64,000 bases of DNA from NCBI GenBank assembly GCA_038883795.1, contig JAVZLK010000001.1, positions 128,001 through 192,000 of the forward strand, given 5' to 3'. The stretch is from Candidatus Bathyarchaeia archaeon. Lineage in GTDB: Archaea; Thermoproteota; Bathyarchaeia; Bathyarchaeales; Bathycorpusculaceae. The translations under genes were made by a program, and so were the position numbers. The notes beneath the pieces are model-generated. The model worked only from the letters and a program-made list of their open reading frames with translations, did not search any database and was not told the DNA's origin. Positions 58,807-64,000 of this stretch are shown here, piece by piece. Positions within the stretch are counted from its first letter, which is position 1, and each line of letters begins with the position of its first letter.

Positions 58807-59640
58807 TTATAACTCCTCTGTATGCCTTTTTAATTCGTCGAAAAGTTCCGGACGTAAATCCCTTAATGTAGGAACAAAAGTTTCCACGGGCTTTATGTTT
58901 GCATAATCCACATCACACATCACAAGGTCCTCTTCATCATATTTTGCTTGGGCTAAAACTTTTCCATTAGGCCCCACAAGTCGGCTTCCTCCCCAAAACT
59001 GCAAGCCATCTTCTATTCCTACAAGATTAACATAAGCTAGAAAAGCCGTGTTCTCCATGGCTCTAGCTATGGTTAGCGCCTCAAAAAATGCTTTTCTGAT
59101 TGCTGGGGATGCAGAAATGCAGACTATTAATTGGGCCCCTTTTAGCCTTATTAAGCGGCTTACTTCTGGGAAAAATATGTCGTAACATATGATTAAGCCT
59201 ATTTTTCCAATTTTTGTTTCAAAGGCTGTTGCGTGATATCCATGGCGGAAATACCTTTTTTCTTCAAAGACGCTGTGAGTTGGAAGATACATTTTTCGGT
59301 ATTTTCCTATGAAGCCTTCCGGGCCTATGAGGACCGCCGCATTATAAAGGGTAGCTTTAGTTTTTTCGCTTAATTCCGGCATTCCAAAAACGATATAGGA
59401 GTTTGTTTTCTTGGCTATGTCTTCTAAGGCTTTAACCGAAGGCCCCGGTATTGTTTCTGCTAACTCATATAATTGGTCTCTAACAGTGTAGCCTGTTAAC
59501 GAAAGTTCTGGAAAAATTGTAAGGTTTGCACCCTGTTTTTTAGTTTTGTTTACAATAGCCTCCATTTTCTTTATGTTTGCTGCTTTGTCTCCGCGTTTGC
59601 AGCTGATTTGCGCTAAGGCCAATTTAATTTTATTTTCCAT
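58807..59640 (-). CDS. Carbon-nitrogen hydrolase (nitrilase family)
   Basis: FPEL, YRKMYL, ICYDIFFPE catalytic Glu-Lys-Cys. Confidence 0.92.
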   Translation of the reverse strand: MENKIKLALAQISCKRGDKAANIKKMEAIVNKTKKQGANLTIFPELSLTGYTVRDQLYELAETIPGPSVKALEDIAKKTNSYIVFGMPELSEKTKATLYNAAVLIGPEGFIGKYRKMYLPTHSVFEEKRYFRHGYHATAFETKIGKIGLIICYDIFFPEVSRLIRLKGAQLIVCISASPAIRKAFFEALTIARAMENTAFLAYVNLVGIEDGLQFWGGSRLVGPNGKVLAQAKYDEEDLVMCDVDYANIKPVETFVPTLRDLRPELFDELKRHTEEL

Positions 59641-59653
59641 TTATTATCCTCCA

Positions 59654-60496
59654 TTAATAGTAAGTGCGGGGGAGTCTGAAATCAGCTCCGACCGTGCGAT
59701 ACTCAAGCTTAGTTGTTAATAACATTCTTCTTTTATGTTCCATGGAAAGCCACCGATTTTTTATTCTCTCCACAAGTGCTTTTTCAACGCCTAATTGCTG
59801 GGCTATGTCTTTCGTTTCCATAAAATGTTCAAGTCCATAAAGAATAAGGTCTAGGGTGTCATATTTTATGCCAAGCTCTGTTTCTGCTAACTGCCCAGGC
59901 CATAGGGCTGGGGAGGGTGGTTTTGCCAAAATTTCTTCTGGAATTCCAATGTGTTTTGCGAGTTTTCGAACTTGCGTCTTGTATAAGTCCATTATTGGTG
60001 ATATGTCGGCGGCTACGTCGCCCCATTTTGTGAAGTAGCCCATCATAGTTTCTGATTTGTCTGAACTGCCGCACACAAGCATGTTATTCCTATTGGCGAA
60101 GTAATAAATGTAAATCATTCTGGTTCTGGCCTTTATGTTGCCCTTACACACTTTATCATTCGGGTCAAAATTTGGTATTGATCTATAGAACGCTTCTAAC
60201 GTTGTGGTGATATCTACAATTTTTGTTTTGAAACCAAATTTTTTAGCCACGAGTTTAGCGTGTTCAATGTCCTTTTCGTTGTATGTTTCCTTTTCTGGTA
60301 ACATGAGCCCTAACACTTTTTCGCCGCCGATGGCTAGAGCAGAAAGAGCAGCAACGGTGGAGCTGTCTATGCCTCCGGATAAGCCCAAAACTACGCCCTT
60401 CGCATTGGATTTTTCCACGTAATCTTTAATGAAACGCTTTATTTTCGTTTCTACCTCTTTAAAGTCCAATTCTAGAACTGAGGGCTTTAATTCCAA
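59654..60496 (-). CDS. nadE: NAD+ synthetase
   Basis: GLSGGIDS, GNIKARTRM, GYFTKWGD, PSPALW, EHKR. Confidence 0.95.
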   Translation of the reverse strand: MELKPSVLELDFKEVETKIKRFIKDYVEKSNAKGVVLGLSGGIDSSTVAALSALAIGGEKVLGLMLPEKETYNEKDIEHAKLVAKKFGFKTKIVDITTTLEAFYRSIPNFDPNDKVCKGNIKARTRMIYIYYFANRNNMLVCGSSDKSETMMGYFTKWGDVAADISPIMDLYKTQVRKLAKHIGIPEEILAKPPSPALWPGQLAETELGIKYDTLDLILYGLEHFMETKDIAQQLGVEKALVERIKNRWLSMEHKRRMLLTTKLEYRTVGADFRLPRTYY

Positions 60497-60594
60497 ATGG
60501 ATGCATCCTCATTATTTTGTGGTTATAAGCGTATTTAAGGACAAAAATAAAATACTGGGGTGATGTAAGCTTTACGGTATAGAAGGATTCGAAT

Positions 60595-60852
60595 ATGGGG
60601 CGAAGAAGGAGGAAAGTTGTTCGCATTCCCAAGAAACGGTTGCCTAAATTCTTCTCCTGTCCAAAGTGTGGAAAGGAAGCGGTTAGGGTTGAAATTCTTC
60701 GTGAGGAAGGGCGTGCAATTGTTGGTTGTGGAAGTTGCGGTTTAAAAGAAGAGTTTAATGTTAAACCAGCACAAAGCGAGGTTGATGTTTACTGTTTATT
60801 TACAGACAAACTTTATGGAGGTTCTAAGAAAAGCACACCCCCACAAGTTTAG
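60595..60852 (+). CDS. elf1: Transcription elongation factor Elf1
   Basis: [26 protein letters not shown]. Confidence 0.88.
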   Translation: MGRRRRKVVRIPKKRLPKFFSCPKCGKEAVRVEILREEGRAIVGCGSCGLKEEFNVKPAQSEVDVYCLFTDKLYGGSKKSTPPQV

Positions 60853-60877
60853 GGAATTTGCGAATAGGCTGGTCTTT

Positions 60878-61636
60878 ATGGTAGGACGTGTTGAGAAATA
60901 TTTGCTTGAAAAAATCGAATCTGAAGGGGCAATTCACATAACCCTTATAGACCCTGAAAAGGTTACCCCACCTCAAGCGTCCAGAATTGTTGCTAAAGCA
61001 ACTTTAAGCGGGACAGCGGCAATAATGGTTGGAGGTTCCACATTCGTTTCCACAACGCATCTGGACAGCATTGTTAAGGCTGTTAAACGCACCGTAAAGG
61101 TTCCAGTAATCCTTTTCCCTAACAATATCACTGGCATAAGTCGTCACGCGGACGCTATATGGTTTATGTCGTTATTAAACTCTGTTGACCCCTATTTCTT
61201 GATAGGCGCCCAAGTTTTAGGTGCTCCTCTTGTTAAGAAATACCACTTAGAGCCTATTCCAATGGGGTATATCATCATCGGTGATGGCGGTACCGCTGGT
61301 ATTGTTGGAAAAGCGGTTCCTGTCCCATACAACAAGCCAGAACTTGCTGCTGCGCATGCCTTAGCAGGTCAATACTTGGGTATGCGGTTCATATATTTGG
61401 AAGCTGGTTCTGGCGCTAAGAAACCTGTTCCTCCAGAAATGATTCGGATTGTTAAAAGTTATGTTGATGTTCCCTTGGTTGTTGGAGGAGGCATAAAAAC
61501 GAGGGGGCAAGCGTTAGCGGCGGCGTCTGCAGGGGCAAACATTATAGTAACTGGTAATATTGTTGAGAACGCTGAGGTTAGAGAGAAGGTTTCTGAAATT
61601 ATTGAAGGTATAAGAGGTCATAGGTCGTATAAGTAA
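60878..61636 (+). CDS. Geranylgeranylglyceryl phosphate synthase
   Basis: TLIDPEK, MVGGS, SLLNS, YLEAGSGA, VGGGI, VTGN; ATG at 60878. Confidence 0.93.
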   Translation: MVGRVEKYLLEKIESEGAIHITLIDPEKVTPPQASRIVAKATLSGTAAIMVGGSTFVSTTHLDSIVKAVKRTVKVPVILFPNNITGISRHADAIWFMSLLNSVDPYFLIGAQVLGAPLVKKYHLEPIPMGYIIIGDGGTAGIVGKAVPVPYNKPELAAAHALAGQYLGMRFIYLEAGSGAKKPVPPEMIRIVKSYVDVPLVVGGGIKTRGQALAAASAGANIIVTGNIVENAEVREKVSEIIEGIRGHRSYK

Positions 61637-61948
61637 TTGACATCGTTTGAAAATTATTTTAACGCTTTAAAGAAAATTTTGGGAAATGAGAACGCCTATG
61701 AAATTTGGCCAAATTTCGACCCTCAATATGATGAGCATGAGTATGCTTGGGCTACGCTGAGAGGTTTAGGCGAAGTTTTACTGCTGAATTGTGGAGTTTG
61801 TGATGGGCCTTCTGATTTGCGGCACATAAACTGTAAGGAATGTGTTGAAAAGCGAAGTAAAATTGCAAGAGAGGCATATGAAAGGGCTACGGGGCGTTTT
61901 AAGGAAAAGTGGTCTACTATATTTTTGTGTAGAATTCACATGGAATAA
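61637..61948 (+). CDS. Small Cys-rich hypothetical protein
   Basis: CGVCDG..CKEC; TTG start abutting the GGGPS stop. Confidence 0.6.
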   Translation: MTSFENYFNALKKILGNENAYEIWPNFDPQYDEHEYAWATLRGLGEVLLLNCGVCDGPSDLRHINCKECVEKRSKIAREAYERATGRFKEKWSTIFLCRIHME

Positions 61949-62046
61949 AACCATTTTACAGCCTTTATTTTTGATTTTTTTATGTCACAAAACAAAAATA
62001 AACAGTGATAACACAAGAACGTGCGTGTTGTAGCATGAACGGTCCC

Positions 62047-64000
62047 ATGAGCGAATCCTATAAGCAATATGTGGAAACTTTAGAAAACCAACTTCAGCAA
62101 TTATACACTTTAAGCCAGAAAGCAAGAGAAGAAGGCTTTGACCCCACACTAAACCCTGAATGTAAAATTGCAAAGGATTTAGCTGACTTGGTGGAGGGAC
62201 TCGTAGGACCAAAGGGTGTTGCTGAAAGCATTAGAGAATTGAGCAAGAAGCTTTCAAGGGAAGAATTAGCCTTTAAAATCGCCGAAGAAATTGTCTATGG
62301 CAAATTTGGGCACATGGAAGCTGAAGCAGCGGCTGAACAAGCAGTGCGCACTGCCCTAGCAATTTTGACGGAAGGGCTTACAGCAGCACCTTTACAGGGT
62401 GTGGCGAAGGTGAAAATTAAAACAAACTATGATAGAACACGTTATCTTGCCGTTTATTTTGCTGGTCCAATTCGCTCTGCTGGTGGGACAGATCAAGCCT
62501 TAACTTTGGTTGTTGCTGATTTTGTGCGCCGTTTGCTTGGGCTTGACCGTTATAAACCTACGGAAGATGAAATTTCACGGTTTGTTGAGGAGATGCGGCT
62601 TTATGAACGTTCTGTGAGTCGTTTTCAATATCATGTTTCAGATGATGAACTTAGGAAAGCGCTCCATTGGCTTCCAGTGGAGGTAACGGGTACCGAATCT
62701 AATCCTATTGAGGTTTCTTCTTTCCGAAATCTTCCTCGTATTGAAACTAATCGTGTGAGGGGTGGGGCGCTTAGGGTTGTGAACGATGGTGTTGTGGGGC
62801 GTTCTTCCAAGGTTTTGGCAATTGTTGAGAAGCTTGGTATTGTTGGGTGGGATTGGCTGAGGGATTTTCGGGAAAAGTCGGAGAAAAAGTCAGCAGGGTT
62901 TATGGACGAAGTAATTGCTGGGCGCCCAATTTTCTCATTTCCATCTACTCGTGGCGGCTTTCGCCTCAGATATGGAAGAGCACGGAATACTGGTTTGGCT
63001 GCCGTTGGTGTCCATCCAGCGACTATGTGGGTGCTTCAAGGTTTTTTGGCAGCTGGAACACAGCTTCGTTTAGAGCTTCCCGGAAAAGGAGGCGTTGTTG
63101 TTCCAGTTGACAGCATAGAACCGCCCATTGTTTTATTAAAAGATGGGTCTGTTATCCATGTGTCTATGGAGAATTTCAGCCATGTGAAAGACGACATTTC
63201 CAAAATTCTTTTTTTGGGCGACATTTTGATTAGCTTTGGGGATTTCCTATATAATAGTAAGTCTCTTGCGCCTTCTGGTTATGTAGAGGAATGGTGGGCT
63301 AAAGATTTACAAAAGGCTATCACAGAAAAGTTTAATGGAAACATTAAAGACTTAGCAGAAGTCACCAAAATTTCGTGTGAAAGGCTTAAGGCTTTTTTGG
63401 AAAATCCCTTCACCAATAAGCCCACAATTCAGGAGGCAATCCCTTTATCTTTAGCATTACATGTACCTCTTCATCCCTCCTTCACATTTTTCTGGTCGAA
63501 TCTCCGTTCAATTGAGGAGCTTGAACAGCTGCGAAGCTGGTTCCTTAACTCCAAAGTACAGAAAGAGGGTGGTTTAGTTTGTGAAATCGTTGGAGATATG
63601 CAAGCTAATGTTAAGCAAGCTTTAGAAACGCTATGTTTACCTCACAAAGTTTCGGGAGGCAAAATCGTTATTGAGGGAGATGATGCGCATGCCTTTGCCT
63701 TCTCCCTTGGTTATGAATCTGCAAATGCTGTTGACTTTTCTTCTGCCAAATCCATTGTAGAAGCAGTCAGTCAACTTGCTGGCGTAAAAATTCGAGAAAA
63801 GGCTGCGACGTTTGTTGGAGCTCGTATGGGAAGACCTGAAAAGGCAAAAAGGCGGGAGATGAAACCGCTTGTGCATATTCTTTTTCCAGTTGGTTTAGCT
63901 GGTGGGGCTCAGCGTGACATTATGGAAGCGGCTAAGAAAGAGCGGATTTTTGTGGATATTGTTAAGCGTAGGTGCCGAGTTTGTAATACTACTACTTTTA
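62047..64000 (+). CDS. polC: DNA polymerase D large subunit (DP2), truncated by the window end
   Basis: Hand translation: GFDP, AILTEG..AAPLQG, YFAGPIRSAGGT, FRLRYGRARNTG, GARMGRPEKA; absent from the ORF track because there is no stop in the window; in-frame ATG also at 62035. Confidence 0.95.
   Translation, partial: MSESYKQYVETLENQLQQLYTLSQKAREEGFDPTLNPECKIAKDLADLVEGLVGPKGVAESIRELSKKLSREELAFKIAEEIVYGKFGHMEAEAAAEQAVRTALAILTEGLTAAPLQGVAKVKIKTNYDRTRYLAVYFAGPIRSAGGTDQALTLVVADFVRRLLGLDRYKPTEDEISRFVEEMRLYERSVSRFQYHVSDDELRKALHWLPVEVTGTESNPIEVSSFRNLPRIETNRVRGGALRVVNDGVVGRSSKVLAIVEKLGIVGWDWLRDFREKSEKKSAGFMDEVIAGRPIFSFPSTRGGFRLRYGRARNTGLAAVGVHPATMWVLQGFLAAGTQLRLELPGKGGVVVPVDSIEPPIVLLKDGSVIHVSMENFSHVKDDISKILFLGDILISFGDFLYNSKSLAPSGYVEEWWAKDLQKAITEKFNGNIKDLAEVTKISCERLKAFLENPFTNKPTIQEAIPLSLALHVPLHPSFTFFWSNLRSIEELEQLRSWFLNSKVQKEGGLVCEIVGDMQANVKQALETLCLPHKVSGGKIVIEGDDAHAFAFSLGYESANAVDFSSAKSIVEAVSQLAGVKIREKAATFVGARMGRPEKAKRREMKPLVHILFPVGLAGGAQRDIMEAAKKERIFVDIVKRRCRVCNTTTF

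Noticed and set aside
62847-63876. Short ORFs listed at the window end
   Set aside because: All lie inside the DP2 reading frame, which the track omitted for lack of a stop codon.
1-64000. CRISPR array or cas genes
   Set aside because: No regularly spaced 25-40-bp repeats and no Cas motifs were seen; the heptad repeats near oriC are too short and lack spacers.
51512-64000. Inteins in DP1, Cdc6 or the visible part of DP2
   Set aside because: Lengths are normal and no intein splice or LAGLIDADG motifs were noticed; the DP2 C-terminus lies outside the window.

Overview
Archaeal chromosomal window, most consistent with Bathyarchaeia (TACK lineage). This is inferred from the combination of PolD DP1/DP2, Elf1, class I LysRS, Fae-Hps, GGGP synthase and archaeal ribosomal proteins. 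Most of it is housekeeping: ArgRS, LysRS, an rpS6e-eIF2gamma-Rpo7-Spt4-S24e-S27ae operon, L3-L4-L23-L2-S19, and three tRNAs (Arg-GCG, Glu-TTC, intron-containing Ser-CGA). It also carries the replication origin (cdc6 plus four ORB boxes) with DP1 and DP2 nearby. Six things stand out. (1) An origin-linked trio of DNA-binding proteins includes a membrane-anchored coiled-coil/wHTH protein and is surrounded by 7-bp-period TGTGA(T/A) repeats; the 15-mer ACATCACACATCACA occurs three times. This is a candidate origin-tethering or segregation system. (2) An HTH-Fae-Hps fusion has seven CCGACA sites clustered on its own promoter and 5' end. (3) A 2.3-kb att-bounded islet at tRNA-Glu carries RelBE and a helical-repeat/HEPN protein. 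(4) A five-gene SPFH/zinc-ribbon membrane operon resembles Psp-associated ydjG/ydjI. (5) A structured leader precedes an MgtE-type transporter operon. (6) A second islet at tRNA-Ser carries unannotated basic micro-peptides. All family assignments come from motif recognition by eye, not database searches.
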